NCBI GenBank assembly: GCA_965224485.1
Contig: CBDCZH010000019.1
Coordinates: forward strand, 128,001-192,000
Direction of reading: 5' to 3'
From: Arcobacteraceae bacterium
Lineage (GTDB): Bacteria; Campylobacterota; Campylobacteria; Campylobacterales; Arcobacteraceae
DNA length: 64,000 bases
The first letter of the stretch is position 1, and each line of letters opens with the position of its first letter. The position numbers and the translations under genes were made by a program. Shown piece after piece: positions 8,722 through 22,109 of the stretch. The notes under the pieces were generated by a model. That model saw only the letters and a list, made by a program, of their open reading frames with translations, did no database searches and was not told the origin of the DNA.

Positions 8722-9213
8722 CTAATCTTTAACTCTTCGATATACGGCATTACCTCTAGAATTTGAAGCAGATGAAAAGAAACTTCCTCTTAAAATATTA
8801 GATTTTTTGATATCTAACTTAATTAAACTAGTAATAGTTCTTTCTTTACCTTTTTCTACTATATGTAAAATTAATTGATCTAATTTGATAAAGTTATTTT
8901 TTATTACTCCGTCAACGTTCATTCTAACTATAGCTTTAGAATTATAGAAAGTCTTGTTCTTGTATTTTACTTGTTCAGCAATTTTTTCTCCAGTTCTAAA
9001 GACTTTATTACCAATTTGAAAAAGATATAAATTAGCATAAATTTTCATTTCTTTATATTTATTATAATCACTTTCTTTAACTGTATATTCAACTTCCCAA
9101 TGATCATCAAGTTTAGATGTTGCATGAAAATAATCATTCCAAATAAAAAATATAAATGTAATTGTTAGTGCACTTAGTATATTAACTACATATGGATTTA
9201 ATAAAGATTTCAT
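8722..9213 (-). CDS. Membrane-anchored beta-strand-rich protein (possible Cap15/S-2TM-beta-like barrel)
   Basis: N-terminal TM, then alternating beta strands ending LRGSFFSSASNSRGNAVYRR. Confidence 0.4.
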   Translation of the reverse strand: MKSLLNPYVVNILSALTITFIFFIWNDYFHATSKLDDHWEVEYTVKESDYNKYKEMKIYANLYLFQIGNKVFRTGEKIAEQVKYKNKTFYNSKAIVRMNVDGVIKNNFIKLDQLILHIVEKGKERTITSLIKLDIKKSNILRGSFFSSASNSRGNAVYRRVKD

Positions 9214-9862
9214 ATATTTATACTATTGATTTTATTATTTATATCAACTAGTAAATCTGATATTTCTTTGATGATACATAATGAATTATCTTTATCATTA
9301 ACAGGTATATACATACTTTTTAATACATTTACATAATGAATGATATTTATTACATCACCTTTTATATCAAATAAAATAGATATAACATTATCTTTAGTAT
9401 AGTTGTGTAATTCAATTTTTAATAAATAATCAATTTGACTTATAATCTTATTTTCATTTGTTTCATGTGTATAAAAATATTTATTTGTTTCTAATTCTTT
9501 TAATTCTTTTGAAGAGCTATTAATTTCTAATTCTAAATTATTGAAAAAATCTTTTTGTATAGCTAGTTCTTTTAATAAAAAAGATTTTCCAATTCTCAAA
9601 ATCTTTATTGATCTTTCCTTCTCTCTATTTTTTTCATCGTTTTTTATTTCTTGTGTATTAATAACTGATTTATTAATAGAAAATGCTGCTATCAATGATG
9701 ATAATAGAATAAATACTGCTGGTAAAAAAGGATATGAAATAATACTAATACCTATTAAAGAAAATAAAGTTGGATTAAATAATGCAAAAAACATAAAAGT
9801 AAAAAAACAAACCCTAAAAATATAAAAATATAGAATAAAATGTTAGCTAATGTATTACTCAT
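9210..9862 (-). CDS. Hypothetical membrane protein; likely start 9862 with a -1 shift in a T7 run near 9801-9807
   Basis: AGGA RBS and ATG at 9862; one added T restores the frame into the 9210-9794 ORF; hydrophobic N-terminus. Confidence 0.55.
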
Positions 9863-9943
9863 AAAAATCCTTTTTATTAATTTAAATTCATGATATCAAA
9901 AAGAGGTTTAATTTTGATAAATAGTATGGAATTACTTAATAAA

Positions 9944-10085
9944 AAAAGTGGAGGAAAGTATTATATTTTTGTTTTAATCAAGGCGAAGATTGAATTTTAA
10001 GCGGAGCGTACACGTAGTACGTGAGCATTAAAATTCAAGATTCAACGCAGAGTAAAGCAAAAAGATGATGCTTTACTCCTCTTTT

Positions 10086-10086
<1 letters not shown>
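9944..10086 (+). repeat. RPE-1-like palindromic element, copy 1 (abuts the guaB stop)
   Basis: Nested inverted repeats with core AAGGCG...GCGGAGCGTACACGTAGTACGTGAGCA...AACGCAG. Confidence 0.8.
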
Positions 10087-11543
<1,457 letters not shown>

Positions 11544-12905
11544 TTATTTTTTATAATTTATATTTTTTTCTAAACTTAAAGCACCATCAAATAGTACTTG
11601 CTCTTCATATGCATTTGCAATAAACTGTAAACCAACAGGCATACCATCTTTTGCTTTAGCAACTGGTAGTGAGATAGCTGGAAGACCTGCTAAATTTACC
11701 CCAATTGTATAAATATCACTTAAATACATTTCTAAAGAAGTTTTAAAACTACCAAACTTAGGTGCAGTACTTGGTGCAACTGGTGATAAAATCAAATCAG
11801 CTTCTTTAAAAATTTCTTCATATTCATCTTTTATTAAATGTCTAACTTTTTGAGCTTTTATATAATAAGCATCATAATAACCTGAGCTTAATACAAAAGA
11901 ACCTAACATAATTCTTTTTTGTACCTCAGAACCAAAACCTTCAGATTTAGTAGTTTTATATATTGAGTCTAAACCACCCTCACCTTTTCTATTTCCATAT
12001 CTAATACCATCTAATCTAGCTAAGTTAGCACTTGCTTCTGCAGTAGCTACTACATAATAAGATGATAATATTTTTGAAGTATCTGCCATATTTTTATGAA
12101 TAATTTTATGTCCAGCTTTTTTTAAAGCTTCAAGAGCTAGATTGAAAGCTTCTTTTACGTCCTCATCTGCTTGATCTATATAATTATCAATAACAGCAAT
12201 AGTTAGTTTTTTATTTGAATTTAAATTTAAAGCTACTTTTTTATGCTCAATATTAGCAGATGTTGAATCTTTAGGATCATGTCCTGCAATAATGTCATAT
12301 AAAATGGCAGCATCTTCAACATTTTGAGTTATTGGTCCAATTTGATCAAGTGATGAACTATATGCACTTAAACCATATCTTGAAACTCTTCCATATGTTG
12401 GTTTCATTCCAACAACTCCACAATAAGCAGCAGGTTGTCTAATACTTCCACCTGTATCACTTCCAAGAGCACAAATAGCAATACCAGCAGCAACAGCAGC
12501 AGCTGAACCACCTGAGCTTCCTCCTGGTGTTCTTGTATTATCAAGTGGATTTAATGTTTTACCATAACAAGAAGATTCTGTTGAACTTCCCATGGCAAAC
12601 TCATCCATATTTGTTTTTCCAAAAGCACTTAATCCAGCTTTTTCTAAGTTTAAAATTACAGTTGCATCATATGGTGAAATATAATTTTTTAGTATTTTAC
12701 TAGCACAAGTGATTTCCCAATTTTTAACATTAATATTATCTTTGATTGCAATTGGTATTCCTGTTCCGCTTATATTTAGTTCAGTTTTAGTTAGTTGTTC
12801 AACATAGGCACCTATGTTTGAAGTTTTGATATTTTTTAATAAATCATTTCTTAAGTTTTTAATCTCTTCACTATTTAAAGTTAAAGCTTCTTTTAACGTA
12901 ATCAC
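11544..12905 (-). CDS. gatA: Asp/Glu-tRNA amidotransferase subunit A
   Basis: GGSSGGSAAAVA, GSDTGGSIRQPA, KRIMLGSFVLSSGYYDAYY. Confidence 0.97.
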   Translation of the reverse strand: MITLKEALTLNSEEIKNLRNDLLKNIKTSNIGAYVEQLTKTELNISGTGIPIAIKDNINVKNWEITCASKILKNYISPYDATVILNLEKAGLSAFGKTNMDEFAMGSSTESSCYGKTLNPLDNTRTPGGSSGGSAAAVAAGIAICALGSDTGGSIRQPAAYCGVVGMKPTYGRVSRYGLSAYSSSLDQIGPITQNVEDAAILYDIIAGHDPKDSTSANIEHKKVALNLNSNKKLTIAVIDNYIDQADEDVKEAFNLALEALKKAGHKIIHKNMADTSKILSSYYVVATAEASANLARLDGIRYGNRKGEGGLDSIYKTTKSEGFGSEVQKRIMLGSFVLSSGYYDAYYIKAQKVRHLIKDEYEEIFKEADLILSPVAPSTAPKFGSFKTSLEMYLSDIYTIGVNLAGLPAISLPVAKAKDGMPVGLQFIANAYEEQVLFDGALSLEKNINYKK

Positions 12906-13026
12906 TTTCAGCTCCTATAAAGTATATAATATATCGCGCAATTATACTATAAAGTAGTTTAAAACCTAAATGATTTTTATATATATTTTGAAGTTATTTA
13001 AAAAAAGAAAGCAGAATTTTAGCTAT

Positions 13027-13061
13027 AAAAAAAGGGAAGAACAAATGTTCTTCCCTTTTTT
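13027..13061. terminator. Intrinsic terminator of the alpha operon
   Basis: AAAAAAAGGGAAGAAC-AAAT-GTTCTTCCCTTTTTT hairpin after rplQ. Confidence 0.85.
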
Positions 13062-13080
13062 GTAAAATCTTTTGTATTAA

Positions 13081-13431
13081 CTAAACAAAAGAGATGAATG
13101 CCATTTGAGTTGCATCACCTCTTCTAATTCTTGTTTTTACAATTGAAGTATATCCACCATTTCTTTCTAAATACTTTGGTGCAATTTCATTAATAATTTT
13201 TTTAGTTGTTTCTTTATCTTGTAATGAAGCAAATACTTGTCTATGAGTATTTAAATTATCAACTCTTGAAACTGTAACTAATTTTTCAATATATCTTTGT
13301 AACTCTTTTGCTTTTGGAACAGTTGTTTCGATTTTTTCTCTAGTAATTAAAGCGATTGCCATATTCTTTAACAATGCTTTTCTATGAGAAGAAGTTCTAT
13401 TTAACTTTCTATATCCATGCTTATGTCTCAT
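13081..13431 (-). CDS. rplQ: 50S ribosomal protein L17
   Basis: [21 protein letters not shown]. Confidence 0.98.
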   Translation of the reverse strand: MRHKHGYRKLNRTSSHRKALLKNMAIALITREKIETTVPKAKELQRYIEKLVTVSRVDNLNTHRQVFASLQDKETTKKIINEIAPKYLERNGGYTSIVKTRIRRGDATQMAFISFV

Positions 13432-13443
13432 ATTAAACCTTTT

Positions 13444-14442
13444 TTATGCTTTGAATTGCTCTAGCTTTCTTCTTAAAGCCGATGCAATATTTTCTTGAAG
13501 TGTATTTTCAATAGGGAAACCTAAAGATTCTAATTTCTCAGCAATCTCGTCATACGATTTTTTACCTAAATTCTTAATATTTTTAACTTCAACTTCACTC
13601 ATAAGTACTAACTCACCTAAGTATTTTAACCCAGCTCTGTCTAAAGAGTTAAATGATCTAGCACTTAAATTTAAATCGTCGATTTTTATAATTAAATCTT
13701 TAAGTTCAACTGGCTCTTCGCTAGCATCACTTACTGTTACTTCTGATAAATCAAAAACCTTGTTAAATACTGACATTTGTGAGTACATAACAGAAACAGC
13801 TTCTTTAAAAGCAGTTATTGGAGTAATTTGTCCATTTGTTTGTACTGTAAATACAGCTTTCTCAAAGTTAGGGTTATCTTCTACTAACATTTTTTCAATA
13901 TCATAAACTACTTTTTTAACAGGAGTAAAAAAAGCATCAATTGGGATATAATTAGCTCCAACGATTTCTCTTATATCTTCAGAAGGCATATAACCAATAC
14001 CTTTTTGGATAATAACAGAAAAAGTTAAATTACAATCAGAATTGATTGTTGCTAAATGAACATCAGGAGAAACTACTTCAACATCAGCGTTTACTAAGTC
14101 AGCTCCTTTAATTTCTTTAGGTCCATTAAATGAATATTCAACTTCTACTTGTTCTTCGTCACTGTTAATTTTGAATTTAATATTCTTAAGATTAATTATA
14201 AAAATAGCAATATCTTCTAACATACCTCTTAAAGAGTCAAACTCGTGGCTTGCGCCTTCAATTTTAACTGCTATTGGAGCACATCCAACAGAGCTTGATA
14301 AAAGAAGTCTTCTTAAAGGGTGTGCTAAAGTAATTGCGAAACCACTTTCAAATGGGTATGCAGAAATCTTAGCTTCAGTATCACTGATTGCTTCGATTTC
14401 AACTTCAGTTGGTAAAAATGGTGTTTCTGCAAATTTCTTCAT
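13444..14442 (-). CDS. rpoA: RNA polymerase alpha subunit
   Basis: PFESGFAITLAHPLRR, LSARSFNSL, KNLGKKS; operon position. Confidence 0.98.
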   Translation of the reverse strand: MKKFAETPFLPTEVEIEAISDTEAKISAYPFESGFAITLAHPLRRLLLSSSVGCAPIAVKIEGASHEFDSLRGMLEDIAIFIINLKNIKFKINSDEEQVEVEYSFNGPKEIKGADLVNADVEVVSPDVHLATINSDCNLTFSVIIQKGIGYMPSEDIREIVGANYIPIDAFFTPVKKVVYDIEKMLVEDNPNFEKAVFTVQTNGQITPITAFKEAVSVMYSQMSVFNKVFDLSEVTVSDASEEPVELKDLIIKIDDLNLSARSFNSLDRAGLKYLGELVLMSEVEVKNIKNLGKKSYDEIAEKLESLGFPIENTLQENIASALRRKLEQFKA

Positions 14443-14460
14443 ATATGCTACCTTTATTTA

Positions 14461-15087
14461 TTATTTAGAATATAACTCAACGATTAGTCTTTCTTCTACT
14501 GGAATAACTACTTCTTCTCTTGTAGGAACTCTAGTAAATATACCAAAAACTTTTGATGTATCAACATCAACCCAATCAACCATTCCAGTTTGATTAGTTA
14601 ATTCTAATGCTCTAATAATTTGAGGATTAGATTTAGTTTTTTCTTTAACTTCGATTTTTGCACCTGCTTTTACTACAAAAGAAGGAATATCAACTTTTTT
14701 ACCATCAACTAAGATATGACCATGAGTTGTAATTTGTCTAGCAAATGCTCTAGTTGAAGCAAATCCCATTCTATATACAACGTTATCTAATCTTTGTTCA
14801 ATTGAAGTAATTAGGTTTGACCCTGTATTACCTTCTCTAGCTGCAGCTTTTTTGAAGTATTTTCTGAATTGTTTTTCAGAAACACCATACATAAATTTAG
14901 CTTTTTGCTTTTCTCTTAATTGTAATCCATACTCAGAAATTTTTGATCTTCTTTGACCATGTTGTCCTGGAGCAAAAGGTCTTTTTTCTAAAGCTGATTT
15001 ACCGTTAAGTCTTCTCTCACCTTTAAGTCCAAGATCCGCGTCTAATCTTCTTTCGATTTTCTCTACTGGTCCTCTATATCTTGCCAT
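14461..15087 (-). CDS. rpsD: 30S ribosomal protein S4
   Basis: MARYRGP...PGQHG...QLREKQK...IVELYSK. Confidence 0.98.
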   Translation of the reverse strand: MARYRGPVEKIERRLDADLGLKGERRLNGKSALEKRPFAPGQHGQRRSKISEYGLQLREKQKAKFMYGVSEKQFRKYFKKAAAREGNTGSNLITSIEQRLDNVVYRMGFASTRAFARQITTHGHILVDGKKVDIPSFVVKAGAKIEVKEKTKSNPQIIRALELTNQTGMVDWVDVDTSKVFGIFTRVPTREEVVIPVEERLIVELYSK

Positions 15088-15096
15088 GCCTTATCC

Positions 15097-15489
15097 TTAC
15101 ACTCGTCTTCGTTTAGGAGGTCTACAACCATTATGTGGTAATGGTGTAACATCCTTTAACCATGTAACTCTGATACCTTCCATAGCACCAACAGCTTTCA
15201 CAGCAGTATCTCTACCTGAACCTGGACCTTGGATTTTAATTCCAACATTTTTAATTCCGTGCTCAATAGCTTTAGCCATAGCATCTTCTACAGCTGCTTG
15301 TGCTGCGAAAGGAGTAGATTTCTTACTACCTTTGAAACCTAAGTTTCCTGCAGAACTCCATGTAATAGCATTACCAGCATTATCTGTAATAGTTACCATT
15401 GTATTGTTAAACGTAGCTGCAATATGTACGATACCGTCAGCAATATTCTTTTTTACTACTTTTTTTCTAGTTACTTTTCTTTTTGCCAT
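15097..15489 (-). CDS. rpsK: 30S ribosomal protein S11
   Basis: [27 protein letters not shown]. Confidence 0.98.
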   Translation of the reverse strand: MAKRKVTRKKVVKKNIADGIVHIAATFNNTMVTITDNAGNAITWSSAGNLGFKGSKKSTPFAAQAAVEDAMAKAIEHGIKNVGIKIQGPGSGRDTAVKAVGAMEGIRVTWLKDVTPLPHNGCRPPKRRRV

Positions 15490-15502
15490 CTAATATCCTT
15501 AA

Positions 15503-15865
15503 TTACGCTGCGCCAACAGTTCTCTTTTTACCTTTTCTTGTTCGAGCATTAGTCTTAGTCTTTTGCCCTCTACAAGGTAAACCTTTTCTATGTCTTAAAC
15601 CTCTGTATGAACCTAAGTCCATTAATGATTTAATATCCATAGCAACTTTTTTTCGAAGATCACCCTCAACCATATACGATTTTTGAATCTCTTGTCTAAT
15701 AGCCGCTGCTTCATCTTCTGTAACTTCATGTGCTCTTTTATTGTAATCCATACCAATAGCATCTAAAATTAATCTAGAATTGTGCAAACCAATTCCAAAA
15801 ATATACGTTAACGCATATTCCATTCTTTTTTTATTTGGTAAATCAACACCTGCAATTCTTGCCAT
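15503..15865 (-). CDS. rpsM: 30S ribosomal protein S13
   Basis: [24 protein letters not shown]. Confidence 0.98.
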   Translation of the reverse strand: MARIAGVDLPNKKRMEYALTYIFGIGLHNSRLILDAIGMDYNKRAHEVTEDEAAAIRQEIQKSYMVEGDLRKKVAMDIKSLMDLGSYRGLRHRKGLPCRGQKTKTNARTRKGKKRTVGAA

Positions 15866-15867
15866 GA

Positions 15868-15981
15868 TTATCCTTGTCTTTGTTTGTGTTTTTTAGTTTC
15901 GCAAATTACTCTTACGATACCTCTTCTTTTGACAATTTTACACTTGTCACACATTTTTTTAACTGAAGCTCTAACTTTCAT
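15868..15981 (-). CDS. rpmJ: 50S ribosomal protein L36 (Zn-ribbon type)
   Basis: Manual translation [37 protein letters not shown]; below the ORF-track cutoff. Confidence 0.97.
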   Translation of the reverse strand: MKVRASVKKMCDKCKIVKRRGIVRVICETKKHKQRQG

Positions 15982-16206
15982 TGTTGCTTTCCTTTGTGTT
16001 TATTGCCATTTTAACAACAGGATAGAAATTAAAAATCTCTTTCCAACTCTTTATAAAACACAAAATTTTATAAAAACTTCTTTCTTGCTTGGAAAAATGG
16101 AATTGGATTATATTCAACATCAGCTTAAAGCTAGTTGAATATCTTTATATAAGTCTTTCTTTATATATTTGTTGTAAAATCAACAAAATTTAGAAGGATT
16201 ATATAT

Positions 16207-16569
16207 ATGAGTGCAATTTATAAAAATAATTTAATTAATATACAAATAGAAAAAAGTGAAATTCCTTGGTTAAAGATATTTACGAATGAGAAGATAAAAG
16301 AGTTCTCATCTTGTACTAGTGAAACTAAATTAGAAATATTTAGAGTTTTAGACATAATTGAAAAACTAATGCTTACATATTTTAAGCCAGAAAAAATAAA
16401 TATTGCTTCTTTTGGAAACTATGTGCCTCATGTTCATTTTCATATTATGAGCAGATTTAAAGAAGATTCATATTTTCCTGAACCTATGTGGGGAAAAGAG
16501 CAAAGAGCCTCAGCACTTAAATTGGAATCATTAGAAGAGTTTTATAGGCTACTTTTAAAAGAGCTATAA
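16207..16569 (+). CDS. HIT-family protein
   Basis: KINIASFGNYVPHVHFHI histidine triad. Confidence 0.9.
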   Translation: MSAIYKNNLINIQIEKSEIPWLKIFTNEKIKEFSSCTSETKLEIFRVLDIIEKLMLTYFKPEKINIASFGNYVPHVHFHIMSRFKEDSYFPEPMWGKEQRASALKLESLEEFYRLLLKEL

Positions 16570-16631
16570 AAAGAGATAAAAGATAAGCTAAAAAAACTTA
16601 TGTTTTGATAGCTTATTTTCAAGTTTAAAAT

Positions 16632-17702
16632 TTATTTACCTAAATAATTAGAAATAACATCACCCATTTCAGACGTAGTAACAACATGTTTAGCATCAAA
16701 AGAGGCTAAATCTTTTGTTCTATATCCTTCTTTAAGTGCTTTTTTAATTGCTACATCAATCATATCAGCAGCTTCTTGCTCATCAAATGAATATCTAAGC
16801 ATCATAGCAGCACTTTCAATTGTTGCAATTGGATTAGCAATTCCTTGACCAGCAATATCAGGAGCAGAACCATGAATTGGTTCATAAATTGCTGTTTTAT
16901 CTCCAGTTGAAGCAGAAGGAAGAAGTCCAATAGATCCTACAACCATAGAAGCAGTATCACTTAAAATATCACCAAAAATATTTCCAGTTACTATTACATC
17001 AAATTGTTTTGGGTTTCGTACTAACTGCATAGCTGCATTATCTACATACATATGAGTAAGTGTAACTTCAGGATAAGAAGCACTTAATTCAATCATAGTA
17101 TCTCTCCATAATTGAGAGACTTCTAATACATTTGCCTTATCAACAGAACAAACTCTTTTATCTCTTTGCATAGCAATTTCAAAAGCTTTTTTACCTATTC
17201 TTATGATTTCATCTTTTGTATATACCATAGTATTATAAGCTTTTTGCCCATCATTTCCTCTTGGTTTCCCAAAATAAATACCACCTATTAGCTCTCGTAC
17301 CACCATTATATTAACACCCTCAATTACTTCAGGTTTTAGCGTCGAGGCATTTATTAACTCATCATATATAACAGCAGGTCTTAAATTAGCATAAACACCC
17401 ATAGCTTCTCTAAAATTTAAAAGTCCAGTTTCAGGTCTTAACTCTCTTGGTAAATTATCCCATTTAGATCCACCAATTGCTCCAAATAAACAAGCATCAG
17501 AATCTAAAACTCCCTGTACTGTTTCACTAGGAAGAGGTTTACCTGTAATATCAATAGCAATTCCACCCATTAAATAATCTTTGTACTCTAAAGTAAAACC
17601 ACAATTATAAGATACTACATCTAATACTTTAATAGCTTCATCAATAATTTCAGGACCAATTCCATCACCTTTGATTATTGCTATTTTATAATTTTTTGAC
17701 AT
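16632..17702 (-). CDS. leuB: 3-isopropylmalate dehydrogenase
   Basis: [37 protein letters not shown]. Confidence 0.97.
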   Translation of the reverse strand: MSKNYKIAIIKGDGIGPEIIDEAIKVLDVVSYNCGFTLEYKDYLMGGIAIDITGKPLPSETVQGVLDSDACLFGAIGGSKWDNLPRELRPETGLLNFREAMGVYANLRPAVIYDELINASTLKPEVIEGVNIMVVRELIGGIYFGKPRGNDGQKAYNTMVYTKDEIIRIGKKAFEIAMQRDKRVCSVDKANVLEVSQLWRDTMIELSASYPEVTLTHMYVDNAAMQLVRNPKQFDVIVTGNIFGDILSDTASMVVGSIGLLPSASTGDKTAIYEPIHGSAPDIAGQGIANPIATIESAAMMLRYSFDEQEAADMIDVAIKKALKEGYRTKDLASFDAKHVVTTSEMGDVISNYLGK

Positions 17703-18211
17703 TATTTTTCCTTCTTAATTTCTTCTTTAGCATAATTGATTAAACCACCAACTGCAATTAATTCTTGCATAAAAGGAGGAATAGCTGTAAATTTATACTT
17801 TTTATTATTAGTATTATTTATTATAAGTCCAGCATCTAAATCAATAGATACATTATCACCTTGTGTAATTTCTAAAGATTCTGGCAGTTCAAAAATAGGA
17901 AGTCCCATATTAAATGCATTTCTATAAAAAATTCTTGCAAAAGTAGGAGCAATAACGGCAGCTACTCCTGCAGCTTTTAGAGCAATAGGAGCATGCTCTC
18001 TTGAGCTTCCACAGCCAAAGTTCTCACCTGCTACGATAATATCACCTTTTGTTAATTTCTTTACAAAATCAGGATCCGCATCTTCCATAATATATTTTGC
18101 TAAATGTTGGGGGTCTGAACTATTAAGATATCTAGCAGCTATTATAATATCAGTATCAATATTAGCTCCAAAAGTCCATACTTTTCCTGTAATTTTATCC
18201 ATGGTGTTCAT
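17702..18211 (-). CDS. leuD: 3-isopropylmalate dehydratase small subunit
   Basis: [31 protein letters not shown]. Confidence 0.95.
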   Translation of the reverse strand: MNTMDKITGKVWTFGANIDTDIIIAARYLNSSDPQHLAKYIMEDADPDFVKKLTKGDIIVAGENFGCGSSREHAPIALKAAGVAAVIAPTFARIFYRNAFNMGLPIFELPESLEITQGDNVSIDLDAGLIINNTNNKKYKFTAIPPFMQELIAVGGLINYAKEEIKKEK

Positions 18212-18390
18212 CCTTTAAGAAAGAGTTTTATTTTTAAAATTTCATATAAAAAAAACTCATAATTTTTTAAATTAGAGTGCATTTTATCAAAAATTTTAAA
18301 AATTTTAGATTAAGTGATAGAATTTAAAGCTTGTTTTATTATTTTTGGGTAAAATATAATCTTATTTTAAAGGCAAGGACAATTTAATAC

Positions 18391-20250
18391 ATGAGCGCAA
18401 AAGACTTAAATAAAGCTATTGAAAAAATTGCAAAAGAGTACAAAGGTACGATTTTAACATATGAAAAAATAATTAAAATATTTCCTAAAGCACCATCAGG
18501 TGCAAATGTTAAAAAGTTAATTGCTTTAGTTCAACTTTATAATGTAACACTTATTACTTCTCAAGAGCAAGCAAAAAGAATGAATGTTCTAGAAGAAAAA
18601 AGAAAAGCAGAACAAAGAGAAAAACTAAAAGAGAGTGATGACGGTGTTTTTGATTTATTAAAAAACAAAGAACTTCTAGAGTGGTCAAGATCTGATTCAC
18701 CTGTTAGAATGTATTTACGAGAAATGGGTCAAATTCCTCTTTTAACTAAAGAAGAAGAGATTGAGATATCTAAAAGAATTGAAATGGGTGAGGATGTAAT
18801 TTTAGATGCAATCTGTTACGTGCCTTATTTAATTGATTTTATTTTAGAGTACAAAGAACCTTTAGTTAATCGTGAGAGAAAAGTTAAAGAGTTATTTAAA
18901 AACTTTGACGATGATAGTGATAGTGATAGTTCAGATACTACTGATACTACAACAGAAGTTACAGCTAAAAGTGCAGCTGAAGAGAGTGGAAAAAAACAAA
19001 AGAAATTAGATAAAAGAGCACAAACTATTGTTGATACTTTTAAATTATTAGAAAAAGCAAAAAAAGATTGGCATAAATTCTTATCAAAAGAGTCTGCTAA
19101 ATCTGATCACGAAGAAGATCAAATGCAATTTAATTTAGCAACTGCTTTTAAGAAAAAAATATTAAAAGAATCTTTATTAAACCTAGGACCAACATCTAAA
19201 CTTATTACAGAAATTGTAAAAGCTATGGAAACTGCACTTAAAAGTGATACTGGTTTTGATAGCGAGCTAAAAAGATTAGAATATAGATTACCTTTATTTA
19301 ATGATATTTTATTACAAAATCATGCAAAGATTTTAGAAGAGATTATTAATCTTACAAAAATTCAAATTACTTCTATGGTTCCTGAAGCTACTATGGTTTC
19401 AACATATATGGAGATCAAGAAACTTTTTCAAACAGCAGAAGCATCTAAAGATGGTTTTGATTTAGAACCAGAAGAGTTAAAAGATGTTTTAGAGCAAATT
19501 AAAAGAGGTAAAAGAGTTACTGATGAGTCAAAAACAAGAATGGCAAAATCAAACCTTAGACTAGTTGTTTCTATTGCAAAAAGATATACAAATAGAGGTC
19601 TTCCATTTTTGGATTTAATTCAAGAAGGAAATATTGGACTTATGAAAGCTGTTGATAAGTTTGAATATAAAAAAGGTTATAAGTTCTCTACTTATGCAAC
19701 ATGGTGGATTAGACAGGCAATTTCAAGAGCTATTGCTGATCAAGCAAGAACTATTAGAATTCCAATTCATATGATTGAAACTATTAATAGAATTAATAAA
19801 ATCATTAGAAAAGGTATTCAAGAAAATGGTAAAGAGCCAGATGTTGAAACAATTTCAATTGAAGTTGGTTTACCTATTGATAAAGTTAAGCAAGTAATTA
19901 AAATTACAAAAGAGCCTGTATCTCTTGAAGCTCCTATTGGAAGCGATGATGATGGTAAATTTGGGGATTTTGTTGCTGATGAAAAAGCGCCAACTCCAAT
20001 GGATAATATTATGAAAGAAGATTTACAAAATCAAATTGATCAAATATTAGCCCAATTAAATGAGAGAGAACAAGCAGTTGTAAGAATGAGATTTGGTTTA
20101 ATGCATGATGCTAGTGATAGAACATTAGAAGAAATTGGAAAAGAGCTTTCTGTTACACGTGAGAGAGTTAGACAAATTGAAAGTTCTGCTATTAAAAAAC
20201 TAAAACATCCTAAAGTTGGTAAAAATCTTAAGAACTACGTAGAAAGTTAA
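18391..20250 (+). CDS. rpoD: Primary sigma factor
   Basis: [42 protein letters not shown]. Confidence 0.98.
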   Translation: MSAKDLNKAIEKIAKEYKGTILTYEKIIKIFPKAPSGANVKKLIALVQLYNVTLITSQEQAKRMNVLEEKRKAEQREKLKESDDGVFDLLKNKELLEWSRSDSPVRMYLREMGQIPLLTKEEEIEISKRIEMGEDVILDAICYVPYLIDFILEYKEPLVNRERKVKELFKNFDDDSDSDSSDTTDTTTEVTAKSAAEESGKKQKKLDKRAQTIVDTFKLLEKAKKDWHKFLSKESAKSDHEEDQMQFNLATAFKKKILKESLLNLGPTSKLITEIVKAMETALKSDTGFDSELKRLEYRLPLFNDILLQNHAKILEEIINLTKIQITSMVPEATMVSTYMEIKKLFQTAEASKDGFDLEPEELKDVLEQIKRGKRVTDESKTRMAKSNLRLVVSIAKRYTNRGLPFLDLIQEGNIGLMKAVDKFEYKKGYKFSTYATWWIRQAISRAIADQARTIRIPIHMIETINRINKIIRKGIQENGKEPDVETISIEVGLPIDKVKQVIKITKEPVSLEAPIGSDDDGKFGDFVADEKAPTPMDNIMKEDLQNQIDQILAQLNEREQAVVRMRFGLMHDASDRTLEEIGKELSVTRERVRQIESSAIKKLKHPKVGKNLKNYVES

Positions 20251-20251
20251 G

Positions 20252-20938
20252 ATGGATTTTTACGAAAACTGGATTGATCTTGATTTAAACCCTATTTTGT
20301 CTTTTTCTTCAAAAGGCAAAATATTATATTCAAATCAAGAAGCTCAGTTTTTACTAAATAGAATTAAACAAAAAGAGTTATATGACTTAGCAATAACAAA
20401 TGCTTCTACTTCATATGGCTCTAAAACTACTTATTTGAATTTAAACCTAAGAAACTACAATTTTTACGCTATTACTGTTTATTATAATAGCGAAGAAGAA
20501 ATTCAGATTAAACTTTATAAAGCAACACTTGTAAAAAAGAAAAAACAAATACTAAATAAAAAAGCAAGTTTAAATAATATTTTTACCTTAATTGATTTAT
20601 GTATAAGTACAAAAAAGACAAAAACTAAAATCACATATAAAAAACTCTATGACCCCTCAATTCCAAAAATACTTATAATTGCAGCAGAATTTTTAAAACT
20701 TCTTAATTCTATTTACGACTCAATTCAAGATGCAACAAATATTACAACAGTAGTTAAGTTAAAAGTTGGTGAGTATATAAAAATTGAAGATAAAAAAGTT
20801 AATTTAATCTCAGTTGAGATTAAAAGTGATGGAAAGTTTCAAGATTTTAATTCTGATTTAGACTTAGATACAAACTCATTTATACTAACAAGTACAAATG
20901 AGCTTATAATTATAGATCTTCCTCTTCTTTTAAAATAA
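20252..20938 (+). CDS. Hypothetical protein with a PAS-like N-terminus, coupled to rpoD
   Basis: Starts 1 nt after the rpoD stop; PILSFSSKGKILYSNQEAQFLL. Confidence 0.6.
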   Translation: MDFYENWIDLDLNPILSFSSKGKILYSNQEAQFLLNRIKQKELYDLAITNASTSYGSKTTYLNLNLRNYNFYAITVYYNSEEEIQIKLYKATLVKKKKQILNKKASLNNIFTLIDLCISTKKTKTKITYKKLYDPSIPKILIIAAEFLKLLNSIYDSIQDATNITTVVKLKVGEYIKIEDKKVNLISVEIKSDGKFQDFNSDLDLDTNSFILTSTNELIIIDLPLLLK

Positions 20939-21449
20939 GACTTGAAATAAGCATAGAAAAAGGTACTACAAATAATCCTATTAAATAAGGAATAGCAGAA
21001 AAGATATGATTATTAGTAAGATATAAAAGTCCTACAATTAATAAAAAATATCCCCCTATTCTATAAAAAGACATAAATGAACTTGCAGAAGCAATGGTAT
21101 TTTTAAAATAATGTTTTTTTACCTTACTTTTTTCTTCTTTAATGATAGTTTTAATTTCACTAGAACTTAGTTCACTGTCATGCGGTTTTATATCATCTGA
21201 GTATAAATCATGAACATCATCAATTTCATCAATTAAATCCCTAGCATGATCCATGTTCGTATCTTCAAAATTCTCAATTCTTTTTTCAACTGAGTTTTTG
21301 TATGAAAAAAATGTTGCAAGAGTAATAAGTAGTGAGGACACAAAAGCGAATTGAGAGTTAATCAAATAAGAATAACCCCCAAAAGAAAATAAAGCAATAA
21401 TTAAAATAATATCAATTGCAAAAAAGATTTTAATATATTTTTTAATCAT
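20910..21449 (-). CDS. Hypothetical membrane protein
   Basis: Four hydrophobic segments; follows the AtpZ/AtpI-like gene. Confidence 0.7.
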   Translation of the reverse strand: MIKKYIKIFFAIDIILIIALFSFGGYSYLINSQFAFVSSLLITLATFFSYKNSVEKRIENFEDTNMDHARDLIDEIDDVHDLYSDDIKPHDSELSSSEIKTIIKEEKSKVKKHYFKNTIASASSFMSFYRIGGYFLLIVGLLYLTNNHIFSAIPYLIGLFVVPFSMLISSLILKEEEDL

Positions 21450-21454
21450 TTATT

Positions 21455-21769
21455 TTAATCATCTTCCACATTATCATTATCACCATATTTTGCCCTATGT
21501 GCATATCTTGGATCATTTTCTAGATCTTTAAACTGAGCTTGTGCTCTTTTATATGCTTTATATACATTTAAAGCAGCAGCACAAATACCCCAAAAAATAC
21601 CAAGAAATAATAACCAAGTATATCCAGTCCAATTTTTTAACAAAATACCAGCACCAGTTCCTAAAGCTACAGCTACAACAATAGAAATACCTAAAGATAA
21701 ATTATCTAAGGCTTCTAATTTCCCCTTATGTTTAGGAGTTTTTTCTTTTAAATCTTCTTTATTTTCCAT
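21455..21769 (-). CDS. AtpZ/AtpI-family membrane protein
   Basis: LSLGISIVVAVALGTGAG...LGIFWGICAAALNVYKAYK. Confidence 0.8.
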   Translation of the reverse strand: MENKEDLKEKTPKHKGKLEALDNLSLGISIVVAVALGTGAGILLKNWTGYTWLLFLGIFWGICAAALNVYKAYKRAQAQFKDLENDPRYAHRAKYGDNDNVEDD

Positions 21770-21784
21770 TATTTATCTTTTTTA

Positions 21785-22099
21785 TTAATTTATATAAGAG
21801 CAACAATAATCACATATTGTTTTAACTTTTATATCAAAATTTGAATTTGCTTTTATTTCAAAAGTATCATCTGCTTCATAAAAATTCCAAGAAGTTTCAT
21901 TTTCTAATCTAACTTCTACTTCACCAGCTAATATTTCCATTATTTCAGCTTTTTTTGTACCAAAATTATACTCACCTATCATCATAATACCTAAAGATTT
22001 TTCTTCACCTTCTTGTGTGATGAAAGTTCGTGAAGTTACATTTCCATTAAAATATATATTTGATTTTTTAACTAATTCAACGTTTTTGATACTTTTCAA
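21785..22099 (-). CDS. ppnP: Pyrimidine/purine nucleoside phosphorylase (DUF1255)
   Basis: NIYFNGNVTSR...GEYNFGT...EIMEI...DYCCSY. Confidence 0.9.
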   Translation of the reverse strand: MKSIKNVELVKKSNIYFNGNVTSRTFITQEGEEKSLGIMMIGEYNFGTKKAEIMEILAGEVEVRLENETSWNFYEADDTFEIKANSNFDIKVKTICDYCCSYIN

Positions 22100-22109
22100 T
22101 TAAATTTCC

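Noticed and set aside
18907..18955. GATAGT and GATACT short tandem repeats in rpoD
   Set aside because: They encode the normal acidic low-complexity linker of sigma70.
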